26,537 bases of DNA from a virus (IMGVR_UViG_3300032324_001029:1-26537), one strand, 5' to 3'; shown: positions 1 through 9,375, counted from the first letter of the stretch. Notes: generated by a model from the sequence alone, not told the origin. A program made the numbers and translations.

Positions 1-1368
1 CTTCTAATACATCTATATAATAAAAATAATCTGTTGCTCTCATACAATATATATACTACTTAAGACATCACTTCACTTTTTCGAGCATTTTTTAAAGCCC
101 ATTAGAGAAAAACATATATAATAGATTCTAAGCAAATGAAAAAATACAAAACAACTATATTACTCATAACACTAACAATATCTTTAATCCTCACCTTAAG
201 AGGCAAAACATATATAGAGAAAATAACAAATATTTTCCTATACTCTGATATCACAACAAAACAATAATAATATAATATTATTTTCGAGGGATTAGAGAAC
301 AAAGAATTTCGAGCATCTTAAAATTAATAATATCTTTTATAGCACTTTTTCACACTAATATGAAAAATCTATAACATCTTACACATTTGCACAAACTACG
401 AGATATAATAGTTATTATTACTGCTCCTTACACACAAGCCTAAGATAAGCTGAAACATAAACATTTCACACTAAATGAGCATAAAAAAATTAGGCATAGC
501 ATAAATCTAAAAAAAATAATAACACCAATATCCTAGTGGAGACCAACGTATATGTCTTTAGAGAGAACATATATCTTAGTGGATGTTTGGTGGAGAGACA
601 GTGGAGACTTTGTGGAGTAATAATGGATAAGATATACATTATAATAAAAGATATATAGATACCAATATAATGAACTTTATATATTTATAGATAATATATA
701 AACATTAACATTAGAAGGAAGGAATATATATTACACACATAGAAAGATAATAATCCACTACAAACACAACAAATAAAAGAAAACACCATCCCAATATTTC
801 GAGGGCTGGTGTTTTTCTATTTAGAGAGATAAGAAGAATAAGATATCTTCTTAAAGGAAGAAATAAATATTTTAGGATAGAAAGTTTAGTTTTTCGAGCT
901 ATTATATTATTTTTCTATAAGAGAGAAAATAATATATATACCATTAGAGAGACAATAAAAAGAATATTTATATATATACTAAAGAATAGTTTCTTTTGTC
1001 TTTAAGCTTTTCTCTTAAGCTTTTATATGGATGTTTTACTTATTGAGATGGATGTTTTACTCTTTAAGATTGATCTGAAATATCGGGGCTCTTAAGAAAA
1101 AACAAGCATTTTTTAAAATGAACTATCAAAAAGAGTCGTAATATATAATATTCTACGTTAGATAAATCTTTTCCTGCAAGTTTTTCGAGCTAATTAAAAA
1201 TAATGTTTGATAATGTTTAGGCTCAGTATTCTTTCACATTATTGCCAGAAAAAAGTGAGGCTAAAATGGGACAATCTTTCTCACAACCCCTTATAGTGTT
1301 GTAAGAAAGATTTAGCTTCAACATTTTATAATACATATACCACAAGAATTTCGAGGCTAAAAATATTT
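1..1368. other. Long AT-rich non-coding region, candidate replication origin/control region
   Basis: No credible ORF. C>G in ~1-520 and G>C downstream. Phased GTGGA repeats at 579-627, direct repeat ATGGATGTTTTACT at 1027 and 1048, hairpin at 780-815. Confidence 0.5.
579..627 (+). repeat. Five (G/A)TGGA repeats at exact 11-bp period (iteron-like)
   Basis: GTGGA at 579, 590, 601, 612 and ATGGA at 623, plus a further GTGGA at 536. ATATCCTAGTGGA (528) is nearly repeated as ATATCTTAGTGGA (571). Confidence 0.75.
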
Positions 1369-1941
1369 ATGAATATACACGCATACAGTACAAGTAGAGT
1401 AAATGGCCCTGGTAATAGATTTGTATTATGGACTCAAGGATGTTCTAAAGGATGTTCTGATTGTTTTAATCCTCTTACTTGGAGTGTTAAAGAAAATATA
1501 TCCTTAACACCAAATCAGATTTTCGAGCTAATTAAGAATTATGATATTGATGGTGTGACAATAACTGGTGGAGATCCTTTAGAGCAAGAAGATATTTTAG
1601 AATTACTAATGTTACTCTATACTTTAAATTTAAGTAAGGGAATAATTCTTTTTACTGGATACTCTATTGATGAAATAAATAAAGATTTTCTTTTGAGAAA
1701 ATCTTTAAGTTATATAGATGTTTTGATAGATGGTAGATATGAGAAGGACAAGAGAATTTCGAGTGGTTTAAGAGGCAGTGAGAATCAAAATATATTATAT
1801 TTCTCAGATAAAATTCACCCAGATGAATTAATGATTGATCAAGAGATAGAGGTGGGTGTAAGTTGTGATAAAATATATGTTACAGGCTTTCCAAATATTT
1901 CGAGGAAAGTTTTGAGGGAGCTTGGAGTAATACTTAAATGA
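1369..1941 (+). CDS. Radical SAM protein, anaerobic ribonucleotide reductase activase (NrdG)-like
   Basis: NGPG-R-VLWTQGCSKGCSDCFN (CxxxCxxC), GVTITGGDPLEQ, FTGY, IDVLIDGRY and LRGSENQ are typical NrdG-family motifs. No nrdD in the window. Confidence 0.85.
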   Translation: MNIHAYSTSRVNGPGNRFVLWTQGCSKGCSDCFNPLTWSVKENISLTPNQIFELIKNYDIDGVTITGGDPLEQEDILELLMLLYTLNLSKGIILFTGYSIDEINKDFLLRKSLSYIDVLIDGRYEKDKRISSGLRGSENQNILYFSDKIHPDELMIDQEIEVGVSCDKIYVTGFPNISRKVLRELGVILK

Positions 1942-2294
1942 CAATAAGAGAACTTTTATCTTTAGAGAGTAAGGGTAGTAATGTGGAAGAATTTTTTGCC
2001 CTCTTATATGGTCAAAACATTCATCCAGCGTTTAAGGTGTTTAATGATCTCTCTATTAACTTTATTAGTTTAGAGGGTATGAGTGTTTTTTGTTTTAGCG
2101 TTGATAGTTATGTTTATTTTAAATTATGTTTTTGTGATGCACCATTTTTAATTTACAAGTTTAATGAAGAGAATGATATTGAAAATGTTTGGTGTTTAAA
2201 TTTCGAGCTTTATAAATCTGCTTTAAGAAGTTGTGTTAAAGCAGTGGATAAGAAATATATTCCAGTAAAAGATATAGATGAAAGAATATTCTAA
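1938..2294 (+). CDS. Hypothetical protein
   Basis: 118-aa ORF overlapping the upstream stop codon. Confidence 0.65.
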   Translation: MTIRELLSLESKGSNVEEFFALLYGQNIHPAFKVFNDLSINFISLEGMSVFCFSVDSYVYFKLCFCDAPFLIYKFNEENDIENVWCLNFELYKSALRSCVKAVDKKYIPVKDIDERIF

Positions 2295-2526
2295 AATAGA
2301 ATATTCTTCTTTTAAGGGGGATAATATGACTAGGAAAAATAAAATGTTGTATGATGCTTTGATCGACTATGTTTCTTATTTTTATAATTGTTCAGATATG
2401 CCAGACAGTGCAAAGATCAATGCGCTGAAAATATTTGAAGCGTTATTAGACGAAAAAATTGATGTTATTGATTTTATCCCTGTAATGAGACAGATGCAAT
2501 TCAGTTTAGATATGGTAGCTGCATAG
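2278..2526 (+). CDS. Hypothetical protein
   Basis: 82-aa ORF in operon; true start may be the ATG at 2326 after AAGGGGG. Confidence 0.6.
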   Translation: MKEYSKIEYSSFKGDNMTRKNKMLYDALIDYVSYFYNCSDMPDSAKINALKIFEALLDEKIDVIDFIPVMRQMQFSLDMVAA

Positions 2527-2624
2527 GAAAAGAACTATCTTTTCCCTTATAATAATAATGAAGAGACAGATAAGACAATGAAGTACTAGATCTACTCTTC
2601 CCTAAACATTTAGTTGTGAGATTA

Positions 2625-2664
2625 AATAAAAAAGGATCCTTTCTAGAAAGGATCCTTTTTTATT
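2625..2664. terminator. Bidirectional terminator (40-bp perfect palindrome) between convergent genes
   Basis: AATAAAAAAGGATCCTTTCTAGAAAGGATCCTTTTTTATT with A/T tracts on both sides. Confidence 0.8.
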
Positions 2665-3067
2665 ATGCATATTTGAGTAATAACTTTATTTCTTCCATTA
2701 GGTTTTCCAATTCATCTTTTGCATATCTTTTGTGCATAGGAAAAGCTCTAACATCTTCATCGTATTCTTCTTCAGCTACGGTATACTCTGGAAGATCATT
2801 TATTAATCTTTCTACTTCTTCTAATTTATTTAATATATTTCTAATATCACTTTCGACGTCAGAAGAAAGATCATTTAAAGATGGGTCCTTGTTTAAGATT
2901 GGCACTCTATCTAATATTTCTAGACCATCAGTGTTAATCTGTGCTTCTCTTTTTAATAACATTTCGAGAGCAATAGTGTTATAACCAAGTTTCTTTAAAT
3001 TTTCTTCGTTCATAATGATTTTTTGTTCCGTATATTGTAGCTTTATACCTTCTATGATATCATACAT
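2663..3067 (-). CDS. Hypothetical acidic helical protein
   Basis: 134-aa ORF with protein-like composition, ending at the bidirectional terminator. Start codon uncertain. Confidence 0.7.
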   Translation of the reverse strand: MYDIIEGIKLQYTEQKIIMNEENLKKLGYNTIALEMLLKREAQINTDGLEILDRVPILNKDPSLNDLSSDVESDIRNILNKLEEVERLINDLPEYTVAEEEYDEDVRAFPMHKRYAKDELENLMEEIKLLLKYA

Positions 3068-3069
3068 TT

Positions 3070-3987
3070 ATGAACCTATCCCTGTGTTGTATTAGTAATA
3101 TCCTAGCTGAGCAGGGATACAAATTTCGAACAATGACTTATAAGAGTTTTTCGAGTAAGGAGAGGGCAGAATCATTAGAGAAACTGTCCCTTATTGTTAT
3201 TAATAATTTCAATGTATCAGAGAAAATCGTTCGTCATTGTGCTGCTAATAATATTAAAGGATATAGACTTTCGAGTGATCTTTGTCCTGTAATAAAACAT
3301 CCGGACGTTATGATAGGATTAGAGGACCTTCCTAATTATTCTGATATAGAAGAATCAATTAAAGATTTATCCGCAGCAATAAAAGAAACAGGCATTAGAG
3401 TTAGTGCACATCCCTCTGAATATATTACTCTTACCTCTGATGATCCAATTAAAGTGCAGCATAGTATTATTGACTTAGAACTACACGCTGAGATTTTCGA
3501 GCGCTTAAGTTTAGAGAGATCTTATTACAATCCTTTAAATATACATATACGTAAAGAGGGAGATGCTAAGGAACTATGCGATACGTTTATTAGTAATTAT
3601 AATAAGCTTTCAATTTCAGTTAAGAGTAGATTAGTATTAGAGAACAATGATACTGGCAATACCTGGACCGTTTCTAATCTTAAGAAATACTTTTTCGAGT
3701 CTTATGGTATTCCTGTTACATTTGATAATCTTCATCACAATATGTTGAATCATGGTGTTTCTCATAAGGATGCATTTTTCGAAGCATACCTTACCTGGAA
3801 CTGTACTCCTATCTTTCATTACTCTGAGGGAAAAAATGGCACTAGAGCTCATAGGGATATGGGTGAAGATCTTCCTATTAATTATAATAAAGATGTACTG
3901 TTTGATGTAGAATTAAAAGGTAAAGACTACGCAATATTGGATATATTAAAAAGATACAATGATAGAAAAATTACAACAGTTGATTGA
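3070..3987 (+). CDS. uvsE: UV DNA damage endonuclease (UVDE/UvsE family, TIM barrel)
   Basis: YRLSSDLCP, RVSAHP, LNIH, RLVLENND, FDNLHH, FHYSE, AH and DVELKGKD match the UvsE metal-binding motif series. Confidence 0.92.
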   Translation: MNLSLCCISNILAEQGYKFRTMTYKSFSSKERAESLEKLSLIVINNFNVSEKIVRHCAANNIKGYRLSSDLCPVIKHPDVMIGLEDLPNYSDIEESIKDLSAAIKETGIRVSAHPSEYITLTSDDPIKVQHSIIDLELHAEIFERLSLERSYYNPLNIHIRKEGDAKELCDTFISNYNKLSISVKSRLVLENNDTGNTWTVSNLKKYFFESYGIPVTFDNLHHNMLNHGVSHKDAFFEAYLTWNCTPIFHYSEGKNGTRAHRDMGEDLPINYNKDVLFDVELKGKDYAILDILKRYNDRKITTVD

Positions 3988-4174
3988 TTCACTTGATGAA
4001 AGTGAATCAGAGAGTATTATTAATTTACTAGAGAGCTTGATTTTATCATGGGAAGATGATAAAATCAACTTGTATACAGAAATTAGTGATTTCCATATAT
4101 ATACTATATTAAAAGTATTGAGGTTGTTTCAAGATGAGCAAACAGAAGCTGCAGAAATTACAATCATCCCTTAA
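3959..4174 (+). CDS. Hypothetical protein
   Basis: 71-aa acidic ORF overlapping the end of uvsE. Confidence 0.55.
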   Translation: MIEKLQQLIDSLDESESESIINLLESLILSWEDDKINLYTEISDFHIYTILKVLRLFQDEQTEAAEITIIP

Positions 4175-4361
4175 TGAGGAAGAAGCTGGATTGTTGTTTC
4201 ATCTATTATTAAAATCTCTTGAAACAGCTAATCATCAAAAAGTAGAATATAGCGATGAACCACTGCGATACATGAATACTGAAAGCTTAATGGTAAACTT
4301 GAATTTAGATCTACCAATTAACAAAAGCTTTGTTGATAAATTTAAAGAGGCCATTAAATGA
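4134..4361 (+). CDS. Hypothetical protein
   Basis: 75-aa ORF in operon. Confidence 0.6.
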   Translation: MSKQKLQKLQSSLNEEEAGLLFHLLLKSLETANHQKVEYSDEPLRYMNTESLMVNLNLDLPINKSFVDKFKEAIK

Positions 4362-4639
4362 ATCCAGAAATTATCTCTCAAGAACAAAGCAAAAAGTTTT
4401 ACACTGATGTAATTAAAAAATATTCTTTAGATGTTCGCTGCCCAAAAACAACTACAAAGTTTTTCGAGGGCATTTATTTAAAGAATAGAACTCATAGGAT
4501 TAATATTACTAATCACTTTGATAACAATTATGCTACATTTACTAAATGGAGTCCTAAGGATTATAAATGTGAAACGCTATGGATTAATAAAAGTGTTTTT
4601 CGAGACTTCTGGAGACATTATATCAGCTCTGCAAAATAA
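4358..4639 (+). CDS. Hypothetical protein
   Basis: 93-aa ORF with ATGA overlap. Confidence 0.65.
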   Translation: MNPEIISQEQSKKFYTDVIKKYSLDVRCPKTTTKFFEGIYLKNRTHRINITNHFDNNYATFTKWSPKDYKCETLWINKSVFRDFWRHYISSAK

Positions 4640-4702
4640 CTCTTTGCAATCCCAATAAGAGTCTGGTAATATAAGACATCAATAGAAAGTGTCGAAGCCA
4701 AA

Positions 4703-5377
4703 ATGACCTACCAGAGTGTTTTAGAAAGTGTTGATAGCCATAAGGTAAATCAATATAAGGAATATTGGAATAACGTCGCTCCACAAACAGATGGAGAGAT
4801 ATTTCAAAGATGGTTGTTCGCATATACATCTATCCATACTACATGGGAAAGCAATGTTAGAGCATACAATCATATCAAGAATTTCGAGTCGTGGATTAGT
4901 GATAAAGACCAACTTGCTCATTTATTATTATTAGGTAGAGCAGGTTGTCATAATCAACGCACAAAGTATATATGGGATTTTTCGAGCAAGTTTTGGGCTA
5001 ATCCAGAAAAGTTTAAAAAGACTAATAAGGAGAATTGGTTTAAGTTTCGCAATCGTCTCTCAAATGAATTGTGGGGCATTGGATTAGCAAAAACCAGTTT
5101 CGCATTAGAGTTATGTTATCCTGAAAAGTGTCAAGCAGTTTGTCTTGATGTTCATATGCTCCGTTTACTAGGAATGAATGAACAGGGATATAAGAAAGAT
5201 AGTGCTAAAGATGTTGCTGAATATGAACAGGGAGAAAGAAAGTGGCATTATAGAGCCAGCAAAATGTCTGCTCCTAATTATATTGCAAGATGTATCTATT
5301 GGGATGTAAAACAAGGACATAACAATTCGAGGTATTGGTCATCTTGTTTAGAGAACCAACTACACTTTGATTTTTAG
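4703..5377 (+). CDS. HhH-superfamily DNA glycosylase/AP lyase, Ogg-like
   Basis: LWGIGLAKTSF (helix-hairpin-helix with Lys) followed by AVCLDVHMLRLLG (catalytic Asp-x-His), as in N-glycosylase/DNA lyases. Confidence 0.75.
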   Translation: MTYQSVLESVDSHKVNQYKEYWNNVAPQTDGEIFQRWLFAYTSIHTTWESNVRAYNHIKNFESWISDKDQLAHLLLLGRAGCHNQRTKYIWDFSSKFWANPEKFKKTNKENWFKFRNRLSNELWGIGLAKTSFALELCYPEKCQAVCLDVHMLRLLGMNEQGYKKDSAKDVAEYEQGERKWHYRASKMSAPNYIARCIYWDVKQGHNNSRYWSSCLENQLHFDF

Positions 5378-5516
5378 GATTTACCAGAGAATGATTTTGG
5401 CTTCTTGTTCTCTGGTAAAAATGAGGGAGAACAATGACGTTCTCCCTCCACTTAGAAGCTAAAGAATATTCTTGCACACTTATCTAATTAGTGATATATT
5501 ATTAGAGAGGCCAATT

Positions 5517-5759
5517 ATGAAAGTCAATTTTAACGTGACAGGTACAATGGAAATACCTGACGACGCAATCAAGCATTATGATGTTGCTGGTAAATTATAT
5601 GCATTAGAGTTTAACGATATAATGTATATGCTTCAAATGTGTATTGTTGCTGAAGGTGGGGCTTGGGGACATGAGACAATCCATCAGTTCGAGGAGATGG
5701 AAAATCATAGCATAACTAATGTTCGCTATGATGATGCAGAATTTAGTGAAAGCGAATAA
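5517..5759 (+). CDS. Hypothetical protein
   Basis: ATG 5517 lies after a TTGCAC..TATATT promoter and GAGAGG; the track's TTG start is the -35 box. Confidence 0.7.
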   Translation: MKVNFNVTGTMEIPDDAIKHYDVAGKLYALEFNDIMYMLQMCIVAEGGAWGHETIHQFEEMENHSITNVRYDDAEFSESE

Positions 5760-5964
5760 CGCAAAACAGTTAGCTAGAAGGAGTAAACATTTAGCTAACT
5801 GGACCTTAATAACTTTTAATTTTTATCATCTGCAGCTAGATGGTTACAATATATACAAGAGAAATATCTCTAGGAACTATTGGCAATTCACTGTAGCAGA
5901 TGATATAACATCTTGTACATTTATGATGTACGAGAAAGAAGCCAAAAGATGCCAAACTGGGTAA
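5719..5964 (+). CDS. Hypothetical protein
   Basis: Fills the gap between neighbours; start uncertain. Confidence 0.45.
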   Translation: MFAMMMQNLVKANNAKQLARRSKHLANWTLITFNFYHLQLDGYNIYKRNISRNYWQFTVADDITSCTFMMYEKEAKRCQTG

Positions 5965-6584
5965 TGAACGAACTCACCTGTATCTTCCAAACACAGGAAG
6001 AGTATAATGTTTTTAAAGAGAAAGTCAATCTTGAAGGATTGTTCAACTCCTTCATCCCTATGCCTGAAGTTTTAAATGGTACTTTATCCCCACATATTGC
6101 TCCAGGTGATTTTATCAATGGAGTAAATAAGCGCAAGAATACTAATTTTCTCACATTAGAGGAAGTTGCTTCTTGTGATGATGAGTGGGATTCTCATCGT
6201 GCTAAAGAGATTGCAAAAAATATTAAAGCATTCGAGGAAACTGGTTATCATGACTGGTATTCTTGGAACCTTAATAATTGGGGTGTTAAGTGGGACGCTG
6301 TAAGACCAACTGCTAAGTATGACCTTCTTACAATTACCTTTAGTTTTGACTCTCCTTGGGGTTGTCCTGAGCAATTCGTTAAGGAGTTGTCCAAACTGTA
6401 TCCTAACGCTACATTTAAGATGGTTTCTGGCTCCATTGAAAACGATTGCCATTACGAGTTTACCTGTGAAGATGGTAAATTCGAGGAAACCTGTTCTTAT
6501 GAATCTTTCAAACATGCAGTAGCAGATGGTAAATGGGGTGGATGGGATGAATGGGAAATGCTTTTCGAGGAGAGTGAAGTATGA
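5949..6584 (+). CDS. DUF1281/YubB ferredoxin-like family protein
   Basis: MPNW-x-N start, FNSFIPMP, WYSWNLNNWGVKWD, FDSPWGCPE. Confidence 0.8.
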   Translation: MPNWVMNELTCIFQTQEEYNVFKEKVNLEGLFNSFIPMPEVLNGTLSPHIAPGDFINGVNKRKNTNFLTLEEVASCDDEWDSHRAKEIAKNIKAFEETGYHDWYSWNLNNWGVKWDAVRPTAKYDLLTITFSFDSPWGCPEQFVKELSKLYPNATFKMVSGSIENDCHYEFTCEDGKFEETCSYESFKHAVADGKWGGWDEWEMLFEESEV

Positions 6585-6802
6585 CACTCCAAGAACTAAT
6601 CGCTAAACTTCAGGAATTAGAAAAGAAATATGAACAGTACAGCAAAGACACTGAAGTTGTAATTGCTGTACATTCTAAAAATGAATATAATCCAGAAGTA
6701 AGTTTAGATTATATTGATGAAGTAGTACATCCCGCTCTAGATACATTCTCTGGTTATATTTGCCGAATTGTCTTATGTGGCGAAATCGAGGGAGAAGACT
6801 AA
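6581..6802 (+). CDS. Hypothetical protein
   Basis: MTLQELIAKLQ-type phage orphan, ATGA overlap, followed by a terminator. Confidence 0.7.
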   Translation: MTLQELIAKLQELEKKYEQYSKDTEVVIAVHSKNEYNPEVSLDYIDEVVHPALDTFSGYICRIVLCGEIEGED

Positions 6803-6811
6803 ACTATTTCG

Positions 6812-6841
6812 AGGGGAGATTTTCGAGTCTCCCCTTTCTTT
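6812..6841 (+). terminator. Intrinsic terminator
   Basis: AGGGGAGA / TCTCCCCT stem plus T-tract. Confidence 0.75.
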
Positions 6842-6866
6842 ATGTTAGAGATGATATAATACAGCT

Positions 6867-7058
6867 ATGGAAAACATCAAGTGGATTCGAGCAATGAGTG
6901 ACCGTTTGAGAGATGAACTTTCGAGCGAGTATGATGATGTAACAAAAGATTTAATTATTCGAGCTTTTATGCGTGGGTTATATCAAGACCCATCTATAGT
7001 AGAAGAACTAAAATCGAGCTCCTTAATTGAATCAGATTATTTCGAGGACCAAGAATGA
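6867..7058 (+). CDS. Hypothetical protein (probably leaderless)
   Basis: 63 aa; TGA-TATAAT lies 6 nt before the ATG. Confidence 0.7.
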   Translation: MENIKWIRAMSDRLRDELSSEYDDVTKDLIIRAFMRGLYQDPSIVEELKSSSLIESDYFEDQE

Positions 7059-7261
7059 AACTGATTTGTATGGCTGATGGATTGTTCTTATATAGGATTA
7101 ACAATCATTTTATCGTTACTGACCAAGATAATAACATCTTGAAGGAAGCTAAGACTGTTGGAACTTGTGACAGATATATATTACAAGTTTTAAATTCAAG
7201 AAGAGCAGCAGAAAAGTATGCAAGCTCCCTTAAAGAACTAAAAGCACTAGGCATATTATGA
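7055..7261 (+). CDS. Hypothetical protein
   Basis: 68 aa, ATGA overlap. Confidence 0.65.
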   Translation: MKLICMADGLFLYRINNHFIVTDQDNNILKEAKTVGTCDRYILQVLNSRRAAEKYASSLKELKALGIL

Positions 7262-7509
7262 TCCCTTTATTTATATTTTCCTTAATTAGCTTAGAGCCAG
7301 TAAAGAACTTTGTATCCCTAAAAACTTATATATCAGAGAATGCAAAAGCTCACTGTTATGTTTATTTTATTAATGAAGATCTTCCAGACTTCCCTAGAGT
7401 TAATATAATAGAGAAAAGTAAATTTGATTTCTTCGCTTATCTTGATACAATAGGAATAGAACATACTCAAGTGGGTAGTTACTATTTCTTTCAAAGGAAG
7501 CCAAAATGA
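7258..7509 (+). CDS. Hypothetical protein
   Basis: 83 aa, ATGA overlap. Confidence 0.6.
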   Translation: MIPLFIFSLISLEPVKNFVSLKTYISENAKAHCYVYFINEDLPDFPRVNIIEKSKFDFFAYLDTIGIEHTQVGSYYFFQRKPK

Positions 7510-7817
7510 CACCTAAAGAAGCAAAGATATTGGATAAAGAAATCCAATATCTTTGTGAACAACAAGATAGAGTAAAAGCTATCAGAGAATACACCGGAAT
7601 CAACCCAGGCTATACATTCCTACGAGAAGTTGAAACTATTGAATCTCTTTATAAATCAGTATTAGAGAGTCGCAAATATGATAAGTCTACATACTTCTCT
7701 GCTGCAACTTCTGGATGGTATGTAGTTTATCTTAGAGACAAGAAAACATACAAGAAGGATGAAAAATTTAAAATCAAGATTTTTCACACCTTTGTCTGGA
7801 CTGATAACCTTGACTAA
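7506..7817 (+). CDS. Hypothetical protein
   Basis: 103 aa, ATGA overlap, followed by terminator 7818-7854. Confidence 0.7.
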   Translation: MTPKEAKILDKEIQYLCEQQDRVKAIREYTGINPGYTFLREVETIESLYKSVLESRKYDKSTYFSAATSGWYVVYLRDKKTYKKDEKFKIKIFHTFVWTDNLD

Positions 7818-7854
7818 CAAAAATCCCAAGCTAAACGCTTGGGATTTTTGTTTT
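7818..7854 (+). terminator. Intrinsic terminator
   Basis: CAAAAATCCCAAGC / GCTTGGGATTTTTG. Confidence 0.8.
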
Positions 7855-7887
7855 GCCATCCTATACCAAAGATGATATACTAACCCT

Positions 7888-8406
7888 ATGGAAGCCAAAA
7901 CAATATCCCTCACTTACCATATAACAGAACGACATGGATACATTGAAGTTCCGTTATCCCTATTGCGTAAATTAAAAATATCTAAACTCATCTCAGAATA
8001 TTCTAAAACACTGCGAAGAACAGTTTTTGTAGAAGAAGATGGGGATGCAACTCTCCTTACTAAAAGACTTAAGCTTGAAGGCTATGAAGTTATTTTAAAA
8101 GAGAGTGAAAGACGCAAACAAGATTTCTTTGATTGCTTGCCAAAATTCAATGATGCTCACTGTAGAGATAAACAGTTCTCTGGATTTACAAGTGACTATG
8201 AATTCAAAATTAATCATATCGTCACCTTACCTGAGAAGTATAAAGTTAATGAGAATGTCCTTTCTGCTCCTGATGAAGATGATATAACAATAGAAGTAAC
8301 ATTCTCAAGGAATGGACAGAAACTAAAGGAACAAGCATTAGAGAGACTAGGAATCAAACCAAGCCTATTCTTCCAATGTGAAAGTGAGAGATACTATGAA
8401 GACTGA
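7888..8406 (+). CDS. Hypothetical phage protein
   Basis: HGYIEVP...ISEYS...VFVEEDGDA resembles a recurrent uncharacterised phage/plasmid family (HGW...YLEEDCD). Confidence 0.7.
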   Translation: MEAKTISLTYHITERHGYIEVPLSLLRKLKISKLISEYSKTLRRTVFVEEDGDATLLTKRLKLEGYEVILKESERRKQDFFDCLPKFNDAHCRDKQFSGFTSDYEFKINHIVTLPEKYKVNENVLSAPDEDDITIEVTFSRNGQKLKEQALERLGIKPSLFFQCESERYYED

Positions 8407-8701
8407 ATACGAATTGCTTAGAGAGTATATTGAAGAGCATTGTGAAGGTGCTATTACTTATGATGGTTGTGACTCTGCCATAGTTGGTATTGCTAAACTG
8501 TTTAGAGAAGACACATTAGTTGATGTTGTTATCTATTCTTATGAAAGACTTGTAAACCATTTCAAGGAAGAATATTTATCAGACACAGAAAACCCAATGT
8601 CAGAAGATGATGCTGAAACTGACGCAATAGAATGGGTGGACTATAACGTTGCTGGTGGATATCTTGGAACTAGAACTCCACTAATCATTTCTATGGAATA
8701 A
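8396..8701 (+). CDS. Conserved hypothetical phage protein
   Basis: DG-DSAIVG...VIYS...AIEWVDYNV-GGYLG-TP pattern typical of an uncharacterised phage family. Confidence 0.7.
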   Translation: MKTEYELLREYIEEHCEGAITYDGCDSAIVGIAKLFREDTLVDVVIYSYERLVNHFKEEYLSDTENPMSEDDAETDAIEWVDYNVAGGYLGTRTPLIISME

Positions 8702-8715
8702 TGTAAAAATATACT

Positions 8716-9375
8716 ATGGACATCTATCTTCACTGTTATTGTTTTGGCTCTTATGCTAGCATTCTCTATAATAAATATAAGAAAATCAATAACAGTGAAC
8801 TCTTAAAAAACATAGACAACTTCTATGTAATCGTTGCTAATGCTCAAGATAGACATAAAGAGTTTCTCCAGGAATTCTCTACACTATCAAATAAGATCAA
8901 AATAATACATCTTCCCAATCCTGTATTCAATGACGAATCAGATACACTCAACTTTATATTAAAAACATCCAATGACAGCCTTACAAATCGTCGTATCCTT
9001 TATTTGCATACTAAAGGTGTTACACATTCTCATCCACTTGTTAAAAAGAATGTAGATGCTTGGGTAGAGTATTTAGATTTATATAACATTCATAACTGGA
9101 AAGAATGTGTTGATGCTCTAGCTAACAATGATGTAGCTGGAGGATTATATGAATCATCAAATCCAAAACATTTCTCTGGTAACTTCTGGTGGGCTAATAC
9201 AAGTTATATAAAAACACTACCAGAGATTACAGAAAAAAATTATAAACTTTTCAATAGGGGTGAGTTTTGGATTCTTAGCAAAACTCACAAAATTTATCCT
9301 GTGTCAGAAAATTCTACCGTAGACAGATATCAAAATCTTGTATTTGATCAAAAGGATTTTCCAAGCTATTTTTAA
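8716..9375 (+). CDS. Putative glycosyltransferase-like protein
   Basis: ILYLHTKGV and HFSGNFWWA motifs, seen in putative glycosyltransferase-like proteins of large viruses; function inferred. Confidence 0.55.
   Translation: MDIYLHCYCFGSYASILYNKYKKINNSELLKNIDNFYVIVANAQDRHKEFLQEFSTLSNKIKIIHLPNPVFNDESDTLNFILKTSNDSLTNRRILYLHTKGVTHSHPLVKKNVDAWVEYLDLYNIHNWKECVDALANNDVAGGLYESSNPKHFSGNFWWANTSYIKTLPEITEKNYKLFNRGEFWILSKTHKIYPVSENSTVDRYQNLVFDQKDFPSYF

Larger units (their letters stand above)
79..7046 (+). repeat. Dispersed strand-polarised (TT)TCGAG motif, about 33 copies
   Basis: TCGAG at 81, 284, 309, 799, 894, 1185, 1351, 1523, 1759, 1900, 2203, 2964, 3151, 3271, 3497, 3695, 4464, 4600, 4884, 4982, 5327, 5689, 6232, 6481, 6565, 6786, 6809, 6823, 6887, 6921, 6959, 7014, 7042. 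No CTCGA seen in this span. Confidence 0.85.

Noticed and set aside
102-302. 66-aa minus-strand ORF
   Set aside because: Low-complexity hydrophobic translation of an A/C-rich non-coding tract, with no RBS.
2616-2984. 122-aa plus-strand ORF
   Set aside because: Ser/Phe-rich antisense shadow of the 2663-3067 gene, and it runs through a terminator.
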